A stretch of DNA of 64,000 bases from Blastocladiella emersonii ATCC 22665 (GCA_025594325.1 JANHCV010000001.1:2852001-2916000); one strand, 5' to 3'. Shown: positions 32,200 through 43,350, counted from the stretch's first letter. Program-made: numbers and translations. The notes: generated from the sequence alone by a model not told the origin.

Positions 32200-33422
32200 A
32201 TGGCGACCGGGCGTGCTAGCAGCACCGCCAAGAAGCCGACCTCTGCCTCCGGCGGCAGCGGCGGCAAGGCCTCGGCCTCTGCTGGCAAGTCGTCCGCCGC
32301 CGCTTCCTCGAGCAAGGCGTCGTCTTCGTCCAGCAAGATTCCCGCCGCGAGCAAGGCGTCTTCCGCCAAGGCGCCCGCTGCCAAGGCACCGGCCCCTCCG
32401 AGCGACGACGACGAGGAGGAGGAGAGCGACGAGGATGAAACGTTCGAGGTCGAGGAGATCGTGAACCACAAGAAGCAGAAGAACGTACGATTGCCGCGTC
32501 GCTGCACGTCAAGCCTGCTGCGCGGAACTGGACACCCGCTCACCCTTGCACGGCGCGTGTAGGGCAAGATTCTGTTCTACCTCAAGTGGAAGGGGTTCTC
32601 GGACGACGACAACACGTGGGAGCTCGAGGACCAGCTGTACGCCTACTCTGCTTCCGCTCAACCCGCTACACTCGCTGACTCCGGCCGTTCGTCCTCTGTA
32701 GCGACTGCCCGGACCTCGTGAAGGCGTACCTCGAGAAGAACGGCCTCGACTCCAAGGGCAACCCGATCGCCAAGGCGCCGGCGGCAAAGTCCACCACCGC
32801 CCCTCCGCGCAAGCGGGCCGCCTCCGCCGCCGACTCGCCGAGCATGGCCTCGGAGTCGAACCCCAAGCGCCAGAAGACGACGACGGCATCGTCCGAGGGT
32901 GCCGCGCCATCCCCGGTCTCGACCGCGGCGTCCTCCTCCAAGTCCTCGGCCGCATCTGCATCGACGCTGCTCAAGAAGCGGCCCGCAGCCGTCCCGCGCA
33001 ACAGCACGCCGTCCGAGCCCGAGGCGGTGCCCGCGGTGGCGTCGGCGGCCGAGTCGGCGGGCGGCGAGGCCGAGCCCCGCGTCATCGACCTGGACGAGAA
33101 CGAGCAGTCGTGGGAGCACCGGATCGCGCACGTGGCGACGCTCGAGCTGCCGCAGGATAAGGAGGGCCTGCTGCTGGTGCAGGAGCACATCAACACCGTG
33201 GAAGAGGCCAACTCGGACCCGTCGCTCAACGACCACGAGCGCCACGAGCTCATCAGCCAGGGCGGCAAGAAACTGCACAACGCGCTCTCGGTCCACATGA
33301 TGCTCAAGACCGGCGAGCTCGCCATCGCGCCCATGACCGTCGCGCGCAAAAAGGCGCCCCAGAAGCTCATCGAGTTCCTGCTCGACCGCATCAAGTTCAC
33401 CAGCGGCGACTTGGAGGTCTGA
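32200..33422 (+). CDS. SWI6: HP1/Swi6-like chromo + chromoshadow domain protein
   Basis: Acidic patch then FEVEEIVNHK..-FYLKWKGFSDDDNTWE..L-DCPDLV (aromatic cage F/W/F); C-terminal SWE....APQKLIEFLLDRIKF chromoshadow-like; 2 introns. Confidence 0.85.
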
Positions 33423-33510
33423 GTGGACCGGGTCGCCTGCCGTCGTCGTGTCGCGTGCTGCCGTTGCCGTCCGGGAGATGTAATCAAACAAACAACCTTG
33501 TTCTTTTTTA

Positions 33511-33540
33511 GGGCCCGTTTGGTTCAGATCAGGTGGATCA
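33511..33540 (+). repeat. Left TIR (33511-33525) and subterminal motif ATCAGGTGGATCA (33528-33540)
   Basis: Exact inverted match to 35940-35954 and 35919-35931. Confidence 0.95.
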
Positions 33541-33725
33541 GCTGAAAAAGTTGCCACGTTTCACCTCACCCCGTTCATCTCAGCGGCCGTGCGAACCAAA
33601 CGCCCCGCTGGATGAACGCCCCCCCCCCCCCCGCAATAAAATCTTTCCCACCTCTTTGCAGCCGCGCTTATTGCAACGAATCAACACCTAACCTCACGCA
33701 TCGTGTTCTCGAGCCCTCAAACAAC

Positions 33726-35042
33726 ATGGGCAAGGGATACAACCGCAAGCTGCGCGGCCTAATGCTCACAGCCGCCCTCGCTCTCCTGCGACGTCTCGCT
33801 GCTCGCAACGAGCGCCGCTCGTGGGAGCCTATCCGCACGTCCACGCTTCCGGCGAGTCGTGGGTTCAAGAGCTGCTGACGTGCAACAGCGAAACGCGTTT
33901 TTCGGAAATCGCCCGTATGCCCCGCAAGACCTTCAAGGCCATCTGCCGCCTGTTCCGCGACCGTGGCCTTCTCGCCGACGGCCGCGAGCTGTCCGTCGAG
34001 GCGCGCTTCATGGTTTTTCTTGTCATGGCTGGCGAGGGCAGCACCAACCGCAACCTCAGGGAGCGGTTCCAAATCTCTGGCGAGACCGCGTCCAGGGTTC
34101 TGAAGCAAGTGCTCGACGCTCTGTACCGCCTGATGCCCGAGTTCATTGTCCAGCCGTCCGATTCTACGCCCGTGCATGAGCGCATCGCCCACGACCCAAA
34201 ATACGCTCCGTTCCAGAACGCGGTCGGCGCGCTTGACGGAACGCACATCCCGTTTGTTGTGCCCACTAAGCTTCACGACTCGTTCCGAAACCGCAAGGGG
34301 ACCATATCCTCAAATGTCCTCGCTGCCTGCGACTTTGACTTGAACTTCACCTACATTCTCGCAGGGTGGGAGGGCAAGGCGCACAACTCGCGCGTGCTCT
34401 TGGACGCCTTCGCCCGTGGGTTCAAGATCCCCGCCGGCCGCTTCTACCTCGCCGACGGCGGCTACGCAAACCGCACGTCCATCATCGTGCCCTTCCGCGG
34501 TACCCGCTATCATCTTCGCGAGTTTGCCCGCGGCAAGGATGGGTACGTTCTCACTGCCATGACCATCACGTTGGCGCCATCTCATCCGCTTCATCAACGT
34601 ACGTAGAGTTAAGAACCGCGAGGAGCTTTTCAATCTGCGTCACGCGTCGCTCCGCAACTCTGTTGAGCGTATCTTTGGCGTGCTCAAGAAGCGGTTCCGC
34701 GTCCTCTCGATTGGCGCGGCCTACCCAATCAAGACTCAAGTCAAGCTTGTGTACGCGCTCTGCACGCTGCACAACATGATCAACAAGTGGAACCAAGGCG
34801 GCGACGCCTTCTTTCGCGACGCCGAGACGGAGCTCCGGCGCGCGCGGGACGCGGCGCGTGAGGCGCGTGTGCGTGGGCGCGAGCCCCTGAACGACGAGAA
34901 CGAGGAGGACGACGAGGCCGCTGTCCTCGAGGCCTCGCTGGACGGAGCTCGTCAGCGCGGTATCTCGCTTCGGAACCGCATCGCAAATGTTCTTTGGACC
35001 GAGTACAGGCGCGTCATGGCCGCTCGTGGGACCCGTCTTTGA
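33726..35042 (+). pseudogene. Harbinger DDE transposase (DDE_Tnp_4) with a 1-nt frameshift near 33848
   Basis: GALDGTHI (D), YLADGGY (D), FNLRHASLRNSVERIFGVLKKRF (E) after intron 34543-34606; N-terminal EPIRTSTL and SGESWVQELL lie in frames offset by -1. Confidence 0.85.
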
Positions 35043-35355
35043 AGGCGCGAAATAATTGTTGTACCCGCATGCATGCTGTAATATACTGATTTGTCAAGTA
35101 CTATAATGTTATATAAGCGATTCTAGATGATTTGACGCGTCGCTGAGGTCAGAACGCATCGGTGGAGACGCGTCGATCAATCACGTGACGTGTGAGACAC
35201 TTTGCGAACCACGCGTTTCTCAACGAGTCGCGTCATTTTCGAGCGAAGGGTAACGATTGAAGATACGATGGACACAAAGCCAGATGTATTGGACACAAAT
35301 GGGCGAGAACAAGGCCAGGAAGCAACGCGAGGGGAGGGGGACATGTGCGAGTGAG

Positions 35356-35820
35356 CTACTGAATGAAAATCTCGAGGATGCGCTTGCGCTTCGATTCGGA
35401 CACGGCCATGACGCGAAGCGCTTGATCCTCGGTCAGGCGGGTGGCGACGTCGATCTGGTACTCTTCATTGTCGTTGTACGCGTCCTGGACCCATTCAAGT
35501 GCGGCGGTCAGGACGGGCTTGGAGTCGGCGGTCGCGACGCTCTGGAACACCTCCTTGATGCCCATGAGGAATTCCGAGTCCGAGAGGCGACGCGAGCTGC
35601 TGTCCGAAGTGCGGCTGCGCTTGCTGGCGGGGGCCGCGTCGTCTTGACCATCGACACCTTCCACGTCACCAGACTCCTTGCCGTCCTGCTCGAGGTGCGA
35701 GTACTCGCCGGTGGTGGTCGAGCCGCCCCACGAAGGAAAACAGCGTTTATATAGGCCGGGAAGCACAGCCTGAAGGTTTCGGGGGCGAGCAGACGGGCAA
35801 TTCAGCGACGAGGGTTCCAT
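35356..35820 (-). CDS. Harbinger ORF2 remnant (C-terminal part of Myb/SANT-like accessory protein)
   Basis: 154-aa ORF convergent with the transposase inside the TIRs; LYKRCFPSWGGSTTTGEY resembles the end of Myb/SANT-like domains; domain body absent. Confidence 0.6.
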   Translation of the reverse strand: MEPSSLNCPSARPRNLQAVLPGLYKRCFPSWGGSTTTGEYSHLEQDGKESGDVEGVDGQDDAAPASKRSRTSDSSSRRLSDSEFLMGIKEVFQSVATADSKPVLTAALEWVQDAYNDNEEYQIDVATRLTEDQALRVMAVSESKRKRILEIFIQ

Positions 35821-35918
35821 TCAGCTCATCCGGGGGTCGACCCAAACGCCGCGATGAACGCGACGGGGTGAAAATGCCACGTTTCAGCTGGGTGAACACC
35901 GGACCGTGTAAAATCGAT

Positions 35919-35954
35919 TGATCCACCTGATTCACCCCGGAACCAAACGGGCCC
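35919..35954 (-). repeat. Right subterminal motif and right TIR of the Harbinger element
   Basis: TGATCCACCTGAT (35919-35931) and GAACCAAACGGGCCC (35940-35954) followed by TTA. Confidence 0.95.
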
Positions 35955-35971
35955 TTATTCACTCTCACGTC

Positions 35972-38900
35972 TCACACCACCGCGTCCCGCACAAGCTCAA
36001 CGGGTACACTCAGCGTCACTGCGACCTCGAGCGCGCCGCTGCTCCCGTGCGGCAGCAACGTCACGGTCCCATGGCCAATTCGCGACACCATCTGAAGCAG
36101 CGCCGCGAACGTGAGGTGCACGTTGCCGAAGCCGGACCCGCGCGACCCGAGCGTCAAGTCGAGCGTGCTCCCGTTCCCGCCGCCCGCCCCGTCGGCCGAG
36201 TGCGCGTGCCACGCACGTTGGTCGCAGATCTGCTGCAGCGACTGCGGCATCTCGGGCGCGACGCGGCTCAGCGTCGACTTGAGCGTGATCTCGGCGCGGT
36301 ACCCTTGCGCTGGCGGCGGCGGAGGTTGGCGGCGCGAGGGAAGCGACGTGGACGAGGTGTTGCGCAGGCGGCGGTACAACCCGCCAGCCGCTGCGCCGGC
36401 CGGACTGCTGCTTGGATCAGCGTCAGCGGTGGTGGCCGTAATGGACGCGACGGCCGACACGAGCCAGCGCGCGTGCGGCAGCGCGAGGCCGATGCTGACC
36501 TCGACCGTCTTGGTGACCACGTCGCGGATCAGCTTGGCCACGGCCGCGGATGGGGCGAACGTGGACCCGGCTGCGGTGGCCGCGGCGGGAGGCAACAGCT
36601 GCACGTCGACGAGCACATGTAGGTCCTTGTTGCCGACCTTGCGCTGCCTGCCCGCGAGCGCCGCGGCGATGGCCGCGCGCAGGACCGCGTCGAGCGGCTC
36701 CCGGCCCGCACTCACCGCCGCTGCGGGCTCGCCGGTCCGCGGGAGCACCACGTCCGAGAACTCGGCCACGTCGCCGAGCACGTCGACCATATGCTGCGCG
36801 GCCTCGCACGCGTCGTCGAGTTCGGCGGGCTGCCCGGCGGCGACGAGCGCCGCGTTGCCCGCGACGAGGTCCGCGAGCATCGCGCGCGCGGGCTCGTACA
36901 CGCTGCCGACCACGAACTCGAGCAGGTTGCGCCGCGCCTGCGCCGAACTCGTGGCCGCGCGCTCGAGGGCCGCGGCCTTGCGCATGAACTCGGCGCGTTC
37001 AGAGATATCGTGGAACAGGAGCACCTGCGCGAGCCGGCGGCGCTGCGGACGCGTGCGAGCGGGCGCGGCGGCAGTGGGTGGTGGTGGTGGGTCGATGAAG
37101 GTGGCCGCGGAGCTTGCGAGCGTCGACTCGGCCGAGTCGTCAACCACGCTGACCGAGAGCTGCACGACGAGCGTCGACCCGTCGCGGCGTCGGATCACGC
37201 CCTCGCGGGTGCCCGGCTCGAGCGTCGGCGGGCGCAGCAGCGTCGATGGCGAGGTCGACTTGGACGTGGTCGCCGTGGACGAGGAACCACCGCTCCCGCT
37301 CCTCGATACCGACACGCCGTCTTCGTCGAGCTCACCCGGGGCGCTCTCGCGCGGCGCTGCCGCCGGCGCCTCGGACTCGTCCGACTCGAGGACCAGCCCG
37401 ACGTGCGCGCGGTCGAGATCGTCCATGTCGTACCCCGTCGCCTCGAGGGCCGCGTCGTTGGCGCCCATGATGGTGCCGTGAGCGTCGAGCAGGAGCATCG
37501 CGTCGGGAATTGCCTGTGTGATGGCCTTGGAGTAGTCCTGGAGCGTGCCGAGCAGGCGCTCCTGGGCGCGCACCTCGCGGAGCATCTGCTGCGACGCGAG
37601 GACGCGCTTGAGGCCGTGGCGTACGAGCTCGGCGGCCACGACAAAGACGGCGAGCACGACGCCGAACAGGACCCACGGCCACACGGTGCTGAACCGGCGC
37701 CGGTACGTGCGCGTCGGGATGCACTCGACGCGCCACGGGTCGAGGCCGGTGGCGGCAAACGACAGCTGGTAGATCTCGGACTGGTCGAGCGGCTGCGGCT
37801 TGGCCGGGCTGAACGTGTACGCGGGCGCAGCGAGGCCCGGGTAGTAGATGCGCAGGCCGAACGCGTTGGGCTCGACCTCGTCCTTGGACCGGATCGTGCC
37901 CAAGATCGCGCCCGTGAACAGGTCGTGCAAGTCGAGGCCGATGGTCACCAGCCAGCTCGTGCCCGGCGTGGTGGCCGTCGGTTCCCGCTTCGACACGGGC
38001 AGGCAGAGGAAGATGCCGAGCGCGTTCGTGTCGACGAAGCGCAGCGGCTCGCTCACTTGGAGGGTGCCCGTGGCCAGGGCGGCCATGGACGGCCCGCGAC
38101 GCAGCGGGTCGGAGAGGAAGTTGAGCCCGAGCAGTCGCGACGGCGACGTGTCGTTCCAGTATCTACAAGGTCCCCACTCTCGTGAGTGCGATGATGGCTC
38201 ACGTCCGTGGCGGCGAAGACGTACACGAACGTGGCCACAACCGACTGCTGGTCGCCGGCCGACAGGTTGCCCGGGCTCGGCCACACGCGCTGATTGTACC
38301 GCGCCTCGTACGCCGGCAGCTGGTCGTTGTCGATGACGCTGGCGAGGCAGAAGTTGTAGAAGAGGCTCGGATCGAACGACGACCGGTTGCCGAACGCGTA
38401 CACGGCCTCTACGTTCGTTCGTTCGTAGCATCAGTCCCGGTCAGCGAACCCGTGGAAATGAGAGTCACACGCACCATTCGTCAGCTCGGGGGTCGCGAAC
38501 GCGAACGCGGCGAGGTTACGCAGGTACTGCACGGACCGCACGGCGAACACGGCCTGAAGCGACTGGACCGTGATCTGGCACGACGTGGTAAAGTCGTGCA
38601 GGAAGGTGCGCCGCTCGACGGACCGGAACCACAAGCAGAGTCCCAGCGCGGCGGCTACACGCATGTGATCGAGCAGGATCAGCGCTTATCGGCTCTCCTC
38701 GCCGCAAGCGAGAGCAGTAGCGTACCGAACCCGACGAGGAACACGAGTCCAGCGCCAACGAGCGGGATCAGGCGCACCGAGCGCACGCGCAGCCCGCTCG
38801 CGCCCACCATGCGGCGGAGCAGCCGGTCGAGCTTGGTGTCCCACCCGTCGAGGCTCGCGTGCGCGCTCTGGATCCGAACGTGGCCGCCGGGCGGTCGCCC

Positions 38901-39290
38901 ATGGCCATCACCGCCTTGACTGCGGCCGCGACCACTGCCGTCGCGGCCGTCGGCCCCACTCGCGGCGTCTGCCCCGGGGCCAAACTCGGACGCGTGCGGG
39001 AACGGCCACAGGTCGAGGTTGCGGAACAGCGTGTGCGAGGTCTCGGCGCTGTCTGCTCGCGCATGGCCGTGCCCGTGCGCTGCTGCTGCTGGGGCTGCGG
39101 CGCACGGGAGCAGCAGCGGGCCGCGCGACGATGCGGAGCTGGTGGCCGAGTCCGGGTTCTCGGCGGTCAGGAACCGATCAAGGCCGATCGGCGCCGGCTG
39201 CCTTGGCGGCGGCGGCGCGTGGTCGGAGCGTCCACCGTCATCTGCTTCATCTCGGGCGACCGCGCGAGCGGGGCGGTCTGCGGTGTCCAT
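35972..39290 (-). CDS. CHASE-PAS membrane sensor with degenerate (pseudo) histidine kinase module
   Basis: TM1 LIPLVGAGLVFLVGFAAALGLCLWF; CHASE-like LLGLNFLSDPLRR..MAALATGTLQVSEPLRFV...GIFLCLPV; TM2 VWPWVLFGVVLAVFVVAA; PAS AIPDAMLLLDAHGTIMGANDAA...FHDISER; DHp/HATPase-like remnant; 3 short introns at 38.1-38.8 kb. Confidence 0.75.
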
Positions 39291-39610
39291 GGCTGGTTGT
39301 GCGTGCTTCTCTCGTCGGGGAACCGCTCACACTGATCAGCCGGCGAGAGCAGGCGTCGCCGGCGGGGCCGCCCAGGCGCCGGGTGCCTCGGGCCGCAGGC
39401 GCTGCGCTCTCGAGCGGGCGGGCGCGTTTCGATTTCGATCGCGAGGCCTGTTCCTGATGAGCACGCAAACCGCGGGCGAGCGGTGAGTAACCAAGAAAAT
39501 GTATACACGATGAGACGGCGATGCCTCACCGCCGCCGTCTCCCACCCGCGATCGCGCGGCTCGTCGCTTCGCGTCGCGTTTCACCGCGTCACATCACCAT
39601 CACCACCCCA

Positions 39611-40763
39611 TCAGTGCTTGAACTCGAGCAGGAACTTCTTGCCGATGAACCCAGCGAGCCCGCCCGCGACCTTGGGGAGCACGGCCTTCTCGGCGTCGGC
39701 GAGCGAGCCCGAGGCGGGGACCGGGAGCCGCTCGACGGCGGGGCTGCGGACCTTGCCAGCGCGCACGAGGGCGACGAGCGCGTTGTTCATCTCGCGTTTC
39801 GCGTCGACCGTCGACTCGCGGTCCCACTGCGCGACCCAGAACCCGCGGATGCGCACGTCCTTGAACAGGCCGAGCCCGAGGTCGACCGTGGCCTCGGCGT
39901 TGCCCGACAGGTAGCCGTACGTGACGAGGGTGCCACGGTACCCGAGCGTGTCGAGGAGCGCCTTGGCGGCGGCGCCGCCGCCCACGGCGTTGAGGGCGAG
40001 CTGCGTGCCCTTGGGTGCGTGCTGCTTGACGTACTCGGCGAGCTCGTTGGTCCCGTCGCGCACCACAGCCGTGGCGCCGAGCGCGCGCAGCTCGGCCGCG
40101 AGCGCGTCGAACTCGGGCCGGTCGCGCACAATGTTGATGGTCTTGAGCCCAAACTCGCGCGCCATCTGGATCACGTACTTGCCGACGAGCGAGTTGGCCG
40201 CGTTCTGCACCACGTAGTCGCCCGGCTGCAGGTCCGCGTAGTCCTTGAGCATGCGGTACGCCGTCGGCAGGTTGATGTACAGCGCCGACGCGTCTTCGAG
40301 CGACAGCTTGTTCGCGTCGCCCGCCGCGTGCACGACGAATACGTTGGCCGCGTCGACGACCGCCTCGGCCGCCCACGTCGCGAACCCGCCCTTGTACGGG
40401 ATCACCCAGTCGCCGACCTTGGCCGTGGTCACGCCGGACCCGACGGCCACCACCTCGGCCACGCCCTCGTAGCCCGGGATCAGCACCTTGGCGCCCGCCG
40501 CGTCCGCCAGCGTCGACTCGGCCAACGGGACCGGGTACACGCCCAACACGCCGTAGAGGTCACTCGGGTTCACGGGCGCTGCGAGGATGCGCACACGGAC
40601 CTGCGACTCGCCGAGCGTCGACGGCACCGCGACCTGGCCGACGCTACACCGGTGATGGGAGGTGCGTGAGATCGTGGCCTCGCGCGCCGGATCGGCACGG
40701 TGCATACCGCAGAACCTGCGTCGGGTCGCCCTTGGCGGTGATGTAGAAGGCGTTGGTGGACAT
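39611..40763 (-). CDS. ETR1: Etr1/MECR-like trans-2-enoyl-thioester reductase (MDR family)
   Basis: GDPTQVL, AAPVNPSDL.GVLGVYP, PGYEGVAEV, NLPTAYRML, VVQNAANSLVG, LVTYG, GFW; one intron near 40645-40707. Confidence 0.88.
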
Positions 40764-41042
40764 GATGTTACGTTTTCGTGGTTCGAGCTAGGAGAGCGAG
40801 GATGGGAAGCGGCCGCGCGCGGACTTTGAGCGCAACGCGTCGCCGGGTCGGCTCCGATCACGTAAACGCGTTCGCGCGCCTCGCTCGGACAAACTCGCCG
40901 CTGACACAGCGCAGGACTCGCATGGCGCCATCATGACGTGCGTTCGTGTAGTGTAGTTCTTGTATACGTGCAAAAAAGGGGCGGGCGGGGGTGATACGAA
41001 GTGGGGGGTAACGATGACGGCGCGACGACGGCCGTCGTTCCT

Positions 41043-43350
41043 CTAGTACTTGGGCCGTGGACTCGCGACGCGGCGGATCCCACTGCCACTCATGCCCATG
41101 GACGAGGACGGCGTCTTGGGCCGCGGCAGTCCGGAGCCTGACGCGTTGGACGCGGCGGTGCCCGGGCGCGGGATGCCCGACGGCGAGAGGCCGCGGAGGT
41201 GCGACCCGCCGCCACCGATCGACAGGGACCCGCTAGCGGTCGAGCCCGTGGACGGCGACCGGCCGCGCGACGCGGCGGCGCTGCCGGGTGGGACGAGGCG
41301 GGACTGGCCCGCGGTGGCGCCCGCCGACGTGAGACCGGGACGCGGCGACGGCGCGCGCAGGCCGCTCGGCGGCGTGATCCCCGAGCCGGCGCCCGGGATG
41401 GGTGTCCGGGACCGCGACGCGCTGCGTCGGCCGGACCCCGACGCGCTCGACACCGAGAGCGAGCTGCTGCTGGGCGAGGCGGTGAGGAGCGAGTCGTACG
41501 AGCCGGTGGCCGTCGGGGTCTTGGGCCGCTGCAAGCCCGACGTCGGCGTCTTTGGCCGCGGCAGCGCGGACGTGGGCGTCTTGGGCCGCGGGAGCCCCGT
41601 GGGCGTAGCGGGGAGCGGGATCCGCGGCGGGCCGCCGTTGGCGGGGCTGCCCGGGTAGTTGTGCCCCGTGGTGCTGTACGTGTGGTGCTGGTACTGGATC
41701 GGGACGGGCGGCGGCGTCGACTCGGGGACGTACTGCGCGGGCATCGGGCCGTCGCCGCCCGCGCCCGTGAGGCTGTCCTCGGACATGATGGAGAAGGGGC
41801 GCGCCGGCGGCGGCGCGGCAGCGGCGTGCGGCGTCGGGACGCGCGAGATGGGCATGGGCTCGAGGTCGCCGTCCTCGGTGCGCGGGGCGCGGCGGGTGCT
41901 CGGGATCCCCGGCGCCGACGGGCTGCGCGACCGCGCGCGGCTGGCGGACCGCGGGAGACCGAGCGAGCTGGTGCTCGAGCTCGCGGGCAGGCGCGACCGC
42001 GACGCGCTGCGCGAGGGCTTGGGCAGGCTCGACGAGGCGCGCGAGCCGGCCGAGACCTCGGACGAGATGGACGTGCGGCGGCTACCGGGGCCCGACGCCG
42101 GGAGCGGGACGTGCGACGCGGGGAGGGACGCGGGCGACGGCGGGTGGTGCAGGTACGCGAGGCCGTTGGTCGGGGTCGGGGTGGCGGTGCCCGAGCCCTC
42201 GTCCGACGCGGCAACGGACGCGTTGGCGGACGAGGCGGGCATGCCGGCCGAGGCTTCCCGCTCGCGGTCGGCACGCACCTTGGCGGCGGCGCGCGCGTTC
42301 TCGAGCAGGCTGTTCATGAGGGCGAGTTCCGACTTATTGGCCTCGCGTGCGGTGGCGGTGACGGCCGAGACCGAGCCGGGCGCTGGGCTGCCGGCGGGAC
42401 GCGCGGCGATCGAGGCGGCAGCCGACGCGGCCGAGGCGGCGGCGAGGGCAGCCGACTGGGCAGCACTCAGGTGCGAGTCGGGTGCAGACGCGGCAATGGG
42501 CGCGCTGGTAGCCGTAGCGTTGGCGAGCGGGTTGGGCTCCTCGTCGGCGGGCGTGGTGAGGGGCGACATCTCGGCGAGCCCCTCGAGCGGCGGCTCCTGG
42601 TCGAGGAACATGATGCCGCGGCGGTTCTTGGCGCGGGTCTTTGACTTCTCCAGCTGCTCGAGGTCGACCTTCATGTCGGTGAGCGACAGCGGGCGCAGAT
42701 CGAGGGTCATGTCCGTGAGGCTCTCGCCGAAGCCGTCGGCGCCGAGCAGATGGCTGAGGCGGATCGAGTTGTGTTTGCTCGAGGGCACGGACCCGTTGGA
42801 CGACGACGCCGACACGGCCGTGGTCGGGGTGGTCGGGGTCATGGGCGGCGGCGGGATCGGGTGGAAGTAGGCGGAGCCGTCGGGCTCGGCGGCGCCCGCG
42901 TCCGCGTCCTCCTGCTGCAGCCAGTGCAGGACCGCGTCGTCGGGCTGCTTGCTAGCGGCGCCGCCCGAGTCGGACAGGTCGCCGTCCGGGTTGTCGAGGG
43001 CGGTCGACCCGCCGTCGGTCCACAGGCTCAGGCGCGCGAGGCCGGCCGCGTCGGCGGCGGCGCTCAGCGAGGTCGAGTCGGGGGCGCCGGCGCCCGCGGC
43101 GGTGGGTGGCGTGTACAGCCTACGCGGGGGATGGTGGTTGGTCCATGTCATGACAGGCGCGGAGACAGAACGCAGACGCGTACCAGTCGTCCAGGTTACC
43201 GTCATCTTGGGCGGCGAGATCGGCGAGATCAAAGACGGACCCGCGGTTGTTCTCCATGAGTTCGGCGAGCGAGCGGCCGGCCAACGTCTTCTTGGCGGCG
43301 CCAGCGGGCGGAGCGCCAGTCGGCGTGCCGTCAGCAGCGGTCGTCATCAT
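41043..43350 (-). CDS. Hypothetical disordered Ser/Pro/Arg-rich protein with PRPKTP repeats
   Basis: Exon 1 (MMTTAADG...NLDDW) splices near 43120-43182 into the long ORF ending TAG 41043; strong GC3 bias. Confidence 0.7.

Larger units (their letters stand above)
33511..35954. mobile_element. PIF/Harbinger DNA transposon, 2,444 bp, TTA target-site duplication
   Basis: TTA at 33508-33510 and 35955-35957; 15-bp perfect TIR GGGCCCGTTTGGTTC; convergent DDE transposase and ORF2; lower GC than flanks. Confidence 0.95.

Noticed and set aside
33840-33860. Programmed -1 ribosomal frameshift in the transposase
   Set aside because: No X-XXY-YYZ slippery site or obvious downstream stimulator; a 1-nt deletion or assembly error is simpler.
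33511-35954. Domesticated Harbinger pair (HARBI1/ALP1-like chromatin module) next to an HP1 gene
   Set aside because: Perfect TIRs, a TSD, a frameshift and a truncated ORF2 indicate an ordinary transposon copy, not a domesticated gene pair.
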